Below, piece after piece: positions 39,036-48,679 of a stretch of 64,000 bases of DNA. Within the stretch, counting starts at the first letter, position 1, and each line of letters starts with the position of its first letter. A program made the position numbers and the translations under genes. Below the pieces are notes generated by a model that was not told where the DNA came from, did no database searches, and worked only from the letters and a program-made list of their open reading frames with translations. This DNA is from Cenarchaeum sp. (lineage in GTDB: Archaea > Thermoproteota > Nitrososphaeria > Nitrososphaerales > Nitrosopumilaceae), in the NCBI GenBank assembly GCA_965206845.1, contig OZ242221.1:32001-96000 (forward strand). Reading direction: 5' to 3'.

Positions 39036-39950
39036 TCACCCTACCAAGCCGTGGCCCATTATGCGGGTTCCGGGCGACTCGGGCCTGAGAACCACGCATG
39101 TCTCTTCGGGGTTGCATACCGCGGGCTTCTCCAAAGCAAGCCTGACCGGATACGTCGACAGGAACCGGGCGGGCTTTATCTGCAGGCCGATGCTCAGAAG
39201 ACATCCCTGATTCTTCACTACGTCGCCCCGGTAGAATGGGCTCTTTTGAAAGTCGAGTTCGAGCTCGGTTCGTACCGGGATGTCGCCCTCGCAGAGGACG
39301 TCGCCCCGGCCAACCTCGTCGGGCCGGACGTTCTTCAGCAAGAGCCCCACCCTGGCAGGAGAGCGCGCCTCCACGACGTCGTCGTCGTGCATCTGGATCG
39401 ACTTTATCATGACCTCCCTGCCCGACGGGAGCAGCCGAAGGTTGTCGTACCGCTTTATGCTGCCTGCAAACACCTTTGCCAGCACAACGGTGCCGACCCC
39501 GCCCACGTTAAAACTGTGGTCCACCACCACCCGGGTGCCACCGCTTCCCGGCACGGGTGCAAACTCTGCCATGGCCTCTCTCATCTTCTCAGGCTCTGTC
39601 CGCTTGTATCGCTCCAGCACCGTGCCCCTGATCATCGCATCCAGCCTCGACTCGTCGATCTCGTAGGTATGGCTGAGAACCCCGCCCTCCACGCCAAGCG
39701 TGTCCAGTGCGATCACCTGCTCGCCGGCAAACCTGTCCAGGCTTCCGATGTGAAACACGGCATACTCTGCCAGGTTCACCGCCTGCAGGAGTGGCTGTAT
39801 CTTCTCCGGAAAGCCCGTCGGCGCAACCCAGGTCCGGATTATGCCTGATTCCTTCTTGTCATATAACGTGAGGTCGGTGCTGGTTCCCTTCTTTCCAAAT
39901 TTTGACGCGGCAGACTGCTCTCCAAGCATGACAAAGTTGACCGACTCCAC
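39036..39950 (-). CDS. EF-Tu/SelB-like protein with degenerate G domain
   Basis: VDHSFNVGGVGTVV, IKSIQMH..RVGL.LK..RGD (domain II); no GxxxxGKT P-loop. Confidence 0.8.
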   Translation of the reverse strand: MESVNFVMLGEQSAASKFGKKGTSTDLTLYDKKESGIIRTWVAPTGFPEKIQPLLQAVNLAEYAVFHIGSLDRFAGEQVIALDTLGVEGGVLSHTYEIDESRLDAMIRGTVLERYKRTEPEKMREAMAEFAPVPGSGGTRVVVDHSFNVGGVGTVVLAKVFAGSIKRYDNLRLLPSGREVMIKSIQMHDDDVVEARSPARVGLLLKNVRPDEVGRGDVLCEGDIPVRTELELDFQKSPFYRGDVVKNQGCLLSIGLQIKPARFLSTYPVRLALEKPAVCNPEETCVVLRPESPGTRIMGHGLVG

Positions 39951-39986
39951 GCGCTGCAGTCGACGGCATCATAATTTTAGCATATC

Positions 39987-40733
39987 TCACGGGAACGAGT
40001 CCAGCACCTGCAGGTAGCTGGCAAACCGGTGGTTCTCTGGCGCCACCCGCACCTGCCGAAACTTTGGGTGTGCCGCACGGTCCAGACCGTGCAGTCCCAG
40101 CGGCCGCTTCAGGAGGCCCCGCTTGTGCGCATCATCCAGCACGGCATCCTGCGGGCTGTGGTAGTTTGCCACGTATGTCCTGACCGCCTCCCCGATGACC
40201 CTCCAGCCGTCCTCAAGCGCGGCAGCAGATAGCGAGGCGCCAAAGAGATGAACGCTCTCAACGGGAGGCGCGCCGCGTCGGTCCAGATGCCGCAACGTAC
40301 TCATTATCACCTGGGAGCCCAGGGAGTGCCCCATCAGCCGCACCGCAGTGCCCGGACTGCGGCGCCCAAAGTCGGTAACGAACTCTGCCAGGTTCCTGCC
40401 GTTCTTCTGCGCGATCCTTTCCCCGGCTCGCAGGGCCTGCCGCTCGCACCGCCGAAGGTGGGCACCCCTCGTATTTGAATCGTAGCTGAACCCCACCACC
40501 TGATGCTTGTATCCAAGCAGGCAGAGCCGTTCCTTGCACAGCCGGAACTTCTCTACCGCCGCTGCCCTGTTGTTGCGGAGGCCGTGAACCACAACTGCAA
40601 TCTCTTCTGAGCCTGCAATTCCCTCAAAGGCTGCCGCGGGATACAGGTAATACGCCTGCCTCTTCAGGGTCTTGCCGGTCACAAGGTCATAGTAGCCGCG
40701 GGTGGTAACGCGCGGAAATGCATGCGCGCTCAA
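39987..40733 (-). CDS. alpha/beta hydrolase
   Basis: VHGL, GHSLG nucleophile elbow, D..L, ENHRF; TTG start overlapping the metG stop. Confidence 0.8.
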   Translation of the reverse strand: MSAHAFPRVTTRGYYDLVTGKTLKRQAYYLYPAAAFEGIAGSEEIAVVVHGLRNNRAAAVEKFRLCKERLCLLGYKHQVVGFSYDSNTRGAHLRRCERQALRAGERIAQKNGRNLAEFVTDFGRRSPGTAVRLMGHSLGSQVIMSTLRHLDRRGAPPVESVHLFGASLSAAALEDGWRVIGEAVRTYVANYHSPQDAVLDDAHKRGLLKRPLGLHGLDRAAHPKFRQVRVAPENHRFASYLQVLDSFP

Positions 40734-42397
40734 CTCTGGGCCCTGAGTCCGTCCTTGCGCGCCTTTATGCCTGCATCGTCCACCTTTGCAAAGAGCGGGG
40801 AGTGCGCGCCCAGTCGGTGTCCAGCGGGAACCAGCATGCGGGACATGTCGGCCCACCTCATCCCAGAGACGTCACCCTGCATTCCAAGCTGCCGCCAGAT
40901 GTCTCCTGCGGATCCGGGCAGAAACGGGTACAGCGCCACTGCCATGCTTGCCACGGCGTTGACTGACACATGCGCGCAGGTGCCGGCGCCGGGACCCATC
41001 TTCCAGGGCGCGCTGTGCTGGAAGTACTGGTTAAAGTGCGCAGAGAACTCCAGTATGCTTTTGAGCGCGCGGTCAAGATGGCCCTGCTCCATGAGCCCGC
41101 CGGTACGGGCCGCCAGTGCCTGGATCTGTGACACGGCGTAGTCGTCTGTCTTTTGAAGCGGTCCCCGCTCCGGTACCACGCCGCCGAAGCTTTTGGACGT
41201 AAACCCCAGTGCCCGGTTTACAAAGTTTCCAGCATTGCCGATGAGCTCGGTGTTTATCCTGCCTGCAAACTCGTCCCAGCTGAAGTTGAGATCGTCCTGT
41301 GAGTAGGGGTTTATTATAGTCAGGTAGAACCGGAGATAGTCGGCCGGATAGTACTTGAGGAACTCCCGCAGGCCAATGTACCACCCGCGGCTCTTTGAGA
41401 TCTTCCTTGATTCTAGGGTAAGGTGGCCTCTGGTCGGAATATAGTCCGGAAGCTTGTACTCCTCTCCTATTCCAAGGCGCATGGCGGGCAGAAACAGGTA
41501 GTGGTGATACACAATGTCCTTTCCGATGAAGTGGTAGATGTCTGCCGAGTTCCAGAACTCCTTTCCGTCCAGGCCCATCTCGTCAAGAAACTTGACGGCA
41601 GTGGAGATGTACGCCAGATGGTTGTCAAACCAGCCGTAGAGCACCTTGCCCCTAGCCTCGTCCAGCGGTATGTCTACCCCCCAGGTTATGTCCCGGGTGA
41701 TGTCCCAGTCAGTCAGGCCGTCCTTTATCCAGTTCTGAACGTACCTCTTTGCGTCCTTCTGGAGGTCGGTGTTTGCATCAAGCCACTTCCGCAGGGGCTC
41801 GGCGAAGTTCTTCAGCCGGAAGAAGTAGTGGGCCGTCCCCTTCTTTACCGGCGTCTGCCCGCATATGGAGCACCGGGGATCCACAACCCCCTCAAGCACC
41901 CTGCCACACTTCTCGCACTGATCCGAGTACTGATCCTCTGTCCCACAGTGGGGACATCTGCCCTTTACGTACCTGTCCGGCAGAAACTTGCCATCATTCT
42001 CGCAGTAGAACTGAATTATGTCGGACCGGTATATGTGCCCCGCTGCGTACAGCTTCCGAAACACATCCTGCACAAACGCCACATTCTCTGCTGAGCTGGT
42101 GCGGTAGAACATGTCAAAGTCTATGTTCAGCGCGGCAAAGTCCTCGCAGTCGCGCCGGTTCCAATACCCTGCGTACTCTTGCGGCGTCTTGTTCTCCTTC
42201 TCGGACTGGATCAGGATGGGCGTTCCAAAGTCGTCAGATGCGCAGATGTAGTAGGCCTGAACGCCCCTCTGTTTGAGGAATCTGGTGGTCACGTCTGCTG
42301 GCAGATAGGTGGATGCCACATGCCCCAGATGAATCTCGCCGTTGGCATACGGCAGGGCGCTGGTGATTACCGCTTTGTCTCGCACAAAACGAGTCAA
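40730..42397 (-). CDS. metG: methionyl-tRNA synthetase
   Basis: ALPYANG..HLGH, YGWFD, IGKDI..HH, KISKS. Confidence 0.97.
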   Translation of the reverse strand: MTRFVRDKAVITSALPYANGEIHLGHVASTYLPADVTTRFLKQRGVQAYYICASDDFGTPILIQSEKENKTPQEYAGYWNRRDCEDFAALNIDFDMFYRTSSAENVAFVQDVFRKLYAAGHIYRSDIIQFYCENDGKFLPDRYVKGRCPHCGTEDQYSDQCEKCGRVLEGVVDPRCSICGQTPVKKGTAHYFFRLKNFAEPLRKWLDANTDLQKDAKRYVQNWIKDGLTDWDITRDITWGVDIPLDEARGKVLYGWFDNHLAYISTAVKFLDEMGLDGKEFWNSADIYHFIGKDIVYHHYLFLPAMRLGIGEEYKLPDYIPTRGHLTLESRKISKSRGWYIGLREFLKYYPADYLRFYLTIINPYSQDDLNFSWDEFAGRINTELIGNAGNFVNRALGFTSKSFGGVVPERGPLQKTDDYAVSQIQALAARTGGLMEQGHLDRALKSILEFSAHFNQYFQHSAPWKMGPGAGTCAHVSVNAVASMAVALYPFLPGSAGDIWRQLGMQGDVSGMRWADMSRMLVPAGHRLGAHSPLFAKVDDAGIKARKDGLRAQS

Positions 42398-42536
42398 GCA
42401 AGCGGAGTTAAGTAGTTTTTTTCAGGCGTGCCCCTCGCGGCATCAGGGTCATTTTGCGGTGCAATCCTAAGGCCATGCCGGGCCCGCAGGCGCGTTAAAA
42501 TTTGCGGCATGGCATTTCGGTGCCCCGCGGCGGCAT

Positions 42537-43787
42537 CTACCAGCTCTTGCCGTACTTTTTCTGCTCACTGCTCAGCCTGTCAATTCTGATGCCCATGGCC
42601 TTGAGGGCATCCTTTGCAATCTGGTTGTCAATGTTCTTTGGAACCCGGATGATCTTGTTTCTCATCTTCTCGTGCCTGGCAAGGATGTACTGGATCGATA
42701 GGATCTGGTTTGAGAACGACTGCGCCATCACCTCGGGCGGATGGCCCTCGGCTGCAACGAGGTTGGCCAGCCTTCCTTTTCCGATCAGGTACAGGCGCCT
42801 TCCATCACGCAGCGTGCACTCGTCCAGGTTCGGCCTTATCTCCCTTACGGACTTTGACTCCTCTAGGAGGGGCTTTGTGTCGATCTCGACGTCAAAGTGG
42901 CCGACGTTTCCCAGGACTGCACCGTCCTTTATCTTTGCGATGTGTTCGCTGCGGATGACACCGGTCATTCCGGTACAGGTGATGAATATGTCTCCTGTCT
43001 TTGCCGCTCTCCTTGCCGGCATTACGTCAAACCCGTCCATGTGTGCCTCAAGCGCCTTGATGTAGTCAACCTCGGTTACGATCACCCTAGCCCCCATTCC
43101 CCTGCACCTCTGCGCGACGCCGCGGCCCACCCAGCCGTATCCGAGCACAACCACGCGCTTTGATGCAAAAAGCAGGTTCATGGCCCGCAGGTAGCCGTCT
43201 ATGGTGCTCTGCCCCGTGCCGTGCCTGTTGTCAAACATGTGCTTTGTAAATGCATCATTTACAACCATGATCGGGTAGCGCATCCTGCCCTCCCTCTCGA
43301 GCGCCTTTATCCTGGTGACGCCGGCGGTGGTCTCCTCTGTTGCCCCTAGCACGTTCAGGCCGGCAAACCTCTTGTCCGTATGGGCCCGGATGTTCATGTC
43401 GCCGCCGTCGTCCACTATGACGTCGGGTTTGTACCGCAGGACGCTGTCGATGCATCGGTCGTAATCCCTCTGCGTCTGTCCCCTCCAGGCATAGACATGA
43501 ATTCCCTGGGACGCAAGAAATGCTGCGACGTCGTCCTGTGTTGACAGCGGGTTGCCGCCGCAGGCAACTACCTGGGCGCCCAGATCCTTGGCGCCCATCA
43601 GTAAGACTGCGGTCTCCTTTGTGATGTGGAGGCAGAATCCCAGCGTCCTTCCCTCAAAGTTGTTGTTCTTTTTGATGCGCGATATGGTGGTGTTCAGGAT
43701 CTTCATGTTGTCCCGGGCCCATTCGTAGGAGATCCTTCCACGATCGGCCAGCTTGATGTCCTTGATCCGGTACTGTCGCTTAGCCAC
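42537..43787 (-). CDS. ahcY: S-adenosylhomocysteine hydrolase
   Basis: LHITKETA, STQDD, DDGGD, EETTAG, KHMFDN, GYGWVG, GRLANL..EGHP. Confidence 0.97.
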   Translation of the reverse strand: MAKRQYRIKDIKLADRGRISYEWARDNMKILNTTISRIKKNNNFEGRTLGFCLHITKETAVLLMGAKDLGAQVVACGGNPLSTQDDVAAFLASQGIHVYAWRGQTQRDYDRCIDSVLRYKPDVIVDDGGDMNIRAHTDKRFAGLNVLGATEETTAGVTRIKALEREGRMRYPIMVVNDAFTKHMFDNRHGTGQSTIDGYLRAMNLLFASKRVVVLGYGWVGRGVAQRCRGMGARVIVTEVDYIKALEAHMDGFDVMPARRAAKTGDIFITCTGMTGVIRSEHIAKIKDGAVLGNVGHFDVEIDTKPLLEESKSVREIRPNLDECTLRDGRRLYLIGKGRLANLVAAEGHPPEVMAQSFSNQILSIQYILARHEKMRNKIIRVPKNIDNQIAKDALKAMGIRIDRLSSEQKKYGKSW

Positions 43788-43830
43788 GAAGTTGCCCGGT
43801 ACTGCGAATATAAAATCTTATTCAAGCGGA

Positions 43831-43921
43831 TAGTTTGTTGCACAACTCCGAATCGCAGACACAGAATGCCTGTTCTTCGACGACCGTCTAGGCACGCTTG
43901 AGAGGGTTGTGCAGCAAATTA
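43831..43921. mobile_element. 91-bp MITE with perfect 8-bp target-site duplication
   Basis: TIRs tagtttgttgcacaact / ggttgtgcagcaaatta (14/17); caagcgga at 43823-43830 and 43922-43929. Confidence 0.85.
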
Positions 43922-44141
43922 CAAGCGGAAGTGCCCTGATTAGGGTATTTTGGCGTCCGGTATGGGATTTTCTGCCACCGCGTCTCCCACTGGGCAAAAA
44001 ACGGCATTGTGGCCCAGTGCGGTGGCAGGCGTGACCGTCCCGGCCTGTTGCCCATGGCTGTTTGCCCACTTTCCCATCAAGTCCGCCGGCAGCATCGCCA
44101 TGCCGCAGCACATCCTCACGCAGTACTAACAGTACCCCTGG

Positions 44142-44780
44142 TTAATCACCGATGTTTTTTCTTATCGGAAGGTGCCAGTCAAACTTGATTGCAAGCAATC
44201 GGATCCCAGTCACAAAACTAATTCCTATAACGGATGCAATCTGTATGTCCATGCCAAAGTAAAGCAGTACATAGAAGATGGTTATGCCTGCAAGGCTTGC
44301 AACGGCATAAACTTCCTTAACAAAGACAGTGGGGACCTCCAGCACAATCACGTCCCTTAGAATTCCGCCGCCTATCGCAGTGATCATGCCCGCAAACTGC
44401 ATTGGGAGGATGCTCAGTCCCACCACCTGATACGCTATTGTGGCCCCCATGATTGAGAAGACGCCCAATCCGACTGCATCAAAGATCAGCCAGAGATTCA
44501 TGTGCTTTTTGTGCTTTGAGAATGAAAGAAACACCACGATTCCCGCAACCACAGTCAGGGTGACATAGATTGGATCAGACAGCGCAGTGGAGAACCTGCC
44601 AAAGACGACATCCCGCATTATCCCGCCGGCAACCCCGACAATGGTTGCCAAGACAATCACGCCAAAGATATCAACTTTGTGCGCAACTGCCTTTGATGCC
44701 CCGGTCACTGCAAAAGCAATGGTTCCCAAATAATCAAGAATGGTTATGAATCCGAGTATGGGGATGGCGAGTTCGGTCAA
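44142..44780 (-). CDS. TRIC/UPF0126 membrane protein
   Basis: GTIAFAVTGA, DIFG, AGGIMRD; DAVGLG, GGGILRD internal duplication. Confidence 0.9.
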   Translation of the reverse strand: MTELAIPILGFITILDYLGTIAFAVTGASKAVAHKVDIFGVIVLATIVGVAGGIMRDVVFGRFSTALSDPIYVTLTVVAGIVVFLSFSKHKKHMNLWLIFDAVGLGVFSIMGATIAYQVVGLSILPMQFAGMITAIGGGILRDVIVLEVPTVFVKEVYAVASLAGITIFYVLLYFGMDIQIASVIGISFVTGIRLLAIKFDWHLPIRKNIGD

Positions 44781-44898
44781 TCAATACGGTGACTGCGCTG
44801 CCATTAATTAAGATTAGATCTGTGCAAAGTCCTAGGATGCAGGTACGCTGCCACCTGCTGCGCCGATGCGGGCTGTGGCTACACGATCTTTCCCGGGA

Positions 44899-47142
44899 TT
44901 ATTCGGATATCTGAGACTGGAACATCTGCGCCAGCGCCGACAGCGGGATCTCGTCTAGGGCCTTCTGCAGGATCGAGCCCAGTATCGGCTGATCGTTTCT
45001 GTAGCCGATGGTTATGTCGTACTCGTGTCCCGTGGGACCTGCGTTGTATAGTCCCTCGATTCCCGCTATCTCGGCATAGCTGTATACGGGCTGCCACGTG
45101 GCCGCAAGTGCGTCCGCGTCGCCTGCCTGCATCATCTCGAGTCCGGCCGCATAGCCGTCCACCGATACGTACTCGACATCTGGGTGGTTCTCGTCAAGCC
45201 ACGCCTCTATCGCATGATTCCGTATCGTGAGTAGCCGGAGTCCTTCATCGTTGATGTCAGCCGGCTGGTCACCAAGCGTTGCGAGACTTGTGCCGATGGT
45301 GTAGTGGGGCGTAGTAAAGCTCATGTACTCTAGTCTGTCTGCCGTACTGGCCACCATGAATATGACATCGGCATCCCTGTCCCGTACGGAGTCAAGGGCG
45401 TCGGTCCAGTCAGATATCGGGACCTGCACAAAGTCAGCGCCGGTGATCCTCCCAAACTCCGACATGTACTGCGGCGTAACGACTGCAAGCCGGCCGGACT
45501 CGTCGACGTACTCAAACGGGAACCACGTCGGGTGGTAGGCCACTCTCATGGTCGGGTTCTCCTCCAACCACGCTGCTTCCTCGGCTGTCAGAGTTGCCAG
45601 TGGTACGGCGCTCGTATCATACTCTGCCACCTGTATCCAGATGCCGTCTTTGATCTCCCATACGGCGTAGGGGCCGCCGTCCCGATCGCCCGCAGCATTG
45701 AATGTGACTGTACCGCCGGCGCCAGTGTACCCTTCCGCAATCCGCGGAAGTGCCTCACGGATGTCTGCTGCGGACGTGCCTCCGGTCTCAAGAATTGCGC
45801 GCCCGATCAACTGCACGGCATCATACCCGTGGAGGGCGTAAACGCTGGGCGTTCTGCCCAGAGCTTGGGTCAGCTGGGGTGCTATCTGCATGCCGATCTC
45901 GCTCTCTCGTGCCGTGGGCTGGATCGCCGTAAAGTTTACTCCGTCAGCGAACACCAGCGCAGTCGCGCTGTCATGCAGAATGGTGTTGGTTTCAGATCCA
46001 AACCACCTTACCTCTCCCAGAATGCTGCTCCCAGCTGCCATCTCAATAAAGTCATATGTCTCCTCAAATCCTATGTACAGCACGGCAACCTGATCCGGAT
46101 CATGCGTATCAAGGCGCTTGGCCACATTGCCGACCAGTCTCTGTATGTCAGATTCTGCAAACTCTCCCGATATGTCATACAGGATCCTCTCCTCAAACAC
46201 CCCTTCTCCCAGCTCAAGGAACTTTGCCTCTGCCGAATCGACTATCACTGTAATCCACAACGCGTCCCTTCCTGCCGGTATTACCACCTTGATTCCCTCG
46301 TCATGCATAACGCCTGCGAGTGCATGCCCTTGGTGCGTGCTGTCCGGAGTCATGCGGAACAGGCTGTCTCCGGCAACGGCATACTCTGGCAGGATGGAGC
46401 AGCAGCTGACTAGCAGCATGCCGTTGGAGTCTGCATAGTCTATGATGTCTTGGCTGTAAAGGTCAATTGATGGGCCGGCTACAATCTTGATTCTTCGCTC
46501 GTTGAAAGACACTACCTCCTCTGCCATAACGTCTGGGTGGGTTTTGGAGTCGCGCGACTCTACGTTGAGGCGCCACGGCTCTCCCCGCTCCTGCAGGAGT
46601 CCGTTAAAGTCATCCACTGCCAGGAACGTGGCTGCAGATATGTCCTCCCCGTACCGTGCCGCACCGCCGGTCACTGGCGCAAGCAAACCTATGGTGACCA
46701 CTTCCACATCAGCAAGCTCTGGCGCAGTCAGGTCTATTCCAAGCGCCAGCAAAGCCTCGTACGTGCCGGGGTAAAGGCAGAGGGGCCGCTGGGAGTCCCT
46801 GATGTAAAGATCCCTTGGCGGATTGCACTGTATGTGTGAGAGCAAAGCCCCGTCCCTCTGCTGCTGCAGCGGAGCGGCGTGTCTGGCGGGTTGCCCGTCT
46901 ACAGGTTTCATGGAGTCGTGATCCTCTCCTGCCGGGGCGGCCATGGTTGCGGCCGGCTGCCTACCGGTGTCTGCGGACTGGGCATACGCAGGCACCACTG
47001 GATTGTACGTATGCTTGTCCTGGATCTTCCATGCAATGAGCGGCAGGACATCATGGTGGTAGCTGTCCGATGCGTGCGGCAGTATTGCGACTGCCGCCAT
47101 GAGCCACACTGTGCAAAGGGTAGCAGAGGTTGTGGGTTTCAT
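44899..47142 (-). CDS. secreted fused type-1 + type-2 solute-binding protein
   Basis: Signal peptide, thaumarchaeal N-terminal Cys module, PBP1 domain paralogous to 19598-22498, then LTAEEAAWLEENP..WFPFEY family-3/PBP2 domain. Confidence 0.85.
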   Translation of the reverse strand: MKPTTSATLCTVWLMAAVAILPHASDSYHHDVLPLIAWKIQDKHTYNPVVPAYAQSADTGRQPAATMAAPAGEDHDSMKPVDGQPARHAAPLQQQRDGALLSHIQCNPPRDLYIRDSQRPLCLYPGTYEALLALGIDLTAPELADVEVVTIGLLAPVTGGAARYGEDISAATFLAVDDFNGLLQERGEPWRLNVESRDSKTHPDVMAEEVVSFNERRIKIVAGPSIDLYSQDIIDYADSNGMLLVSCCSILPEYAVAGDSLFRMTPDSTHQGHALAGVMHDEGIKVVIPAGRDALWITVIVDSAEAKFLELGEGVFEERILYDISGEFAESDIQRLVGNVAKRLDTHDPDQVAVLYIGFEETYDFIEMAAGSSILGEVRWFGSETNTILHDSATALVFADGVNFTAIQPTARESEIGMQIAPQLTQALGRTPSVYALHGYDAVQLIGRAILETGGTSAADIREALPRIAEGYTGAGGTVTFNAAGDRDGGPYAVWEIKDGIWIQVAEYDTSAVPLATLTAEEAAWLEENPTMRVAYHPTWFPFEYVDESGRLAVVTPQYMSEFGRITGADFVQVPISDWTDALDSVRDRDADVIFMVASTADRLEYMSFTTPHYTIGTSLATLGDQPADINDEGLRLLTIRNHAIEAWLDENHPDVEYVSVDGYAAGLEMMQAGDADALAATWQPVYSYAEIAGIEGLYNAGPTGHEYDITIGYRNDQPILGSILQKALDEIPLSALAQMFQSQISE

Positions 47143-47413
47143 TCCATCTCGCCAATTCGCAGAGTGCAGGGCTGCGCGAGCCTGTCTGCTGGTTTATGCA
47201 AAAGGCGGTGGTTTGTCATGGCAGTATACAGGGATATAATATATTTAAGGAATTGCGGCAGGCAGGCTGCAGGTGGAGTCCTAATGCCGGCAGGCGCCAT
47301 CGCGGGTGCCCATAACAAAGCCTTAAAAGCTATTTTGAACAAACATGTAGCAACCAGGCGATGGTGAATTTAAATCCGGAAATGAATAGCCCCAGTTATT
47401 CCAGCACAGCTCT

Positions 47414-48679
47414 TTGGAGTGCGCCGTGGTAGACCTCTGGGTTGAGATCGCTGCATTAGCAGTTCTGATCGGCCTGTCTGCATTCTTCAGCGGCCTGGAG
47501 GTGGCGCTAGTAGGCACGAGAGTCTCCAAGGTTCGCCAGCTGGTCAAACAGAACGTCAAGGGCTCTAGGGCCCTCAACCGACTCAAATCAAATCCCAGCT
47601 GGATGATGTCCAGCGTAAACCTGGGAAACAATCTTGTAAACGTAGGCTCGTCTGCACTGGCTACTAGCATCGCGATCAGGACATTTGGAGACCAAGGCCT
47701 GGGCATAGCCGTAGGGGTAATGACGTTTCTAATACTGGTCTTCGGCGAGATCACGCCCAAGACGTACTGCAACGCAAACGCCACAAAGATATCCCTGCGG
47801 TTTGCGCCGGTGCTGCTGGCTTTTGGCTACGCGCTGTGGCCGGTGGTAAAGCTCTTTGAGATCATCACCCGTGGGATGGTAAGGTTGACCGGCAGCAGCT
47901 ACCACGCTCCGCCGATAACAGAGGAGGACATCAAGGGCATTGTGGAGCAGGGCCTGGCAGACAAGGCGCTGGAGAAGGACGAGACCGATCTTGTTCACGG
48001 GGCACTGGAGTTTGATGACATCGTGGTAAGGTCAGTCATGACCCCCAGAACCAAGATGTTCTGCCTCCCGGAGAGGATGCTGCTCTTTGACGCGCTTCCG
48101 CTGATCAACCAGAACGCGCACTCGAGAATCCCGATCTACGGCAAGGATCTGGATGACATCACCGGATTTGTTCACGTGCGGGACATACTTTTGGAGATGG
48201 AGAAAGACAGCAGGATGGTCACGCTACACCAGCTTGCCCGCAAGCCCGTTTTTGTGTCCCAAGAGAAGATGGTAAGCTCCATGCTCAAGGAGATGCAAGG
48301 GAGAAAGACGCACATGGCCATTGTGATGGATGAGCACGGCGGAGTCGAGGGTCTGGTAACCTTGGAAGATCTTTTGGAGGAGATAGTGGGAGAGATAGAG
48401 GACGAGACTGACATCTCCAGATCCCAGCCATACCAACGCGTGGACCGGGACACGGTGATAACCAGCGGCGAGATCGAGATCTCCGTCCTCAACGGGGTGT
48501 TTGATGCCAGTATACCGGAGGGCGCAGACTATAGCACCATCAACGGTTTGCTGCACGAGATGCTCCAGGACATCCCGCAGGAGGGAGACAAGATACAGGC
48601 AGGCGGCCTTAGATTGGTGGTGGAGAAGACAGTCAGGAACCTGCCGGTAAGAATCAGGGTCGAGAGGATAAAGTCCTAG
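47414..48679 (+). CDS. CNNM/CorB (DUF21-CBS-CorC) hemolysin-like protein
   Basis: SAFFSGLE.AL, GEITPK, VMTPRT, HSRIP, DEHGG..GLVTLEDLLEEIVGEI. Confidence 0.93.
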   Translation: MECAVVDLWVEIAALAVLIGLSAFFSGLEVALVGTRVSKVRQLVKQNVKGSRALNRLKSNPSWMMSSVNLGNNLVNVGSSALATSIAIRTFGDQGLGIAVGVMTFLILVFGEITPKTYCNANATKISLRFAPVLLAFGYALWPVVKLFEIITRGMVRLTGSSYHAPPITEEDIKGIVEQGLADKALEKDETDLVHGALEFDDIVVRSVMTPRTKMFCLPERMLLFDALPLINQNAHSRIPIYGKDLDDITGFVHVRDILLEMEKDSRMVTLHQLARKPVFVSQEKMVSSMLKEMQGRKTHMAIVMDEHGGVEGLVTLEDLLEEIVGEIEDETDISRSQPYQRVDRDTVITSGEIEISVLNGVFDASIPEGADYSTINGLLHEMLQDIPQEGDKIQAGGLRLVVEKTVRNLPVRIRVERIKS

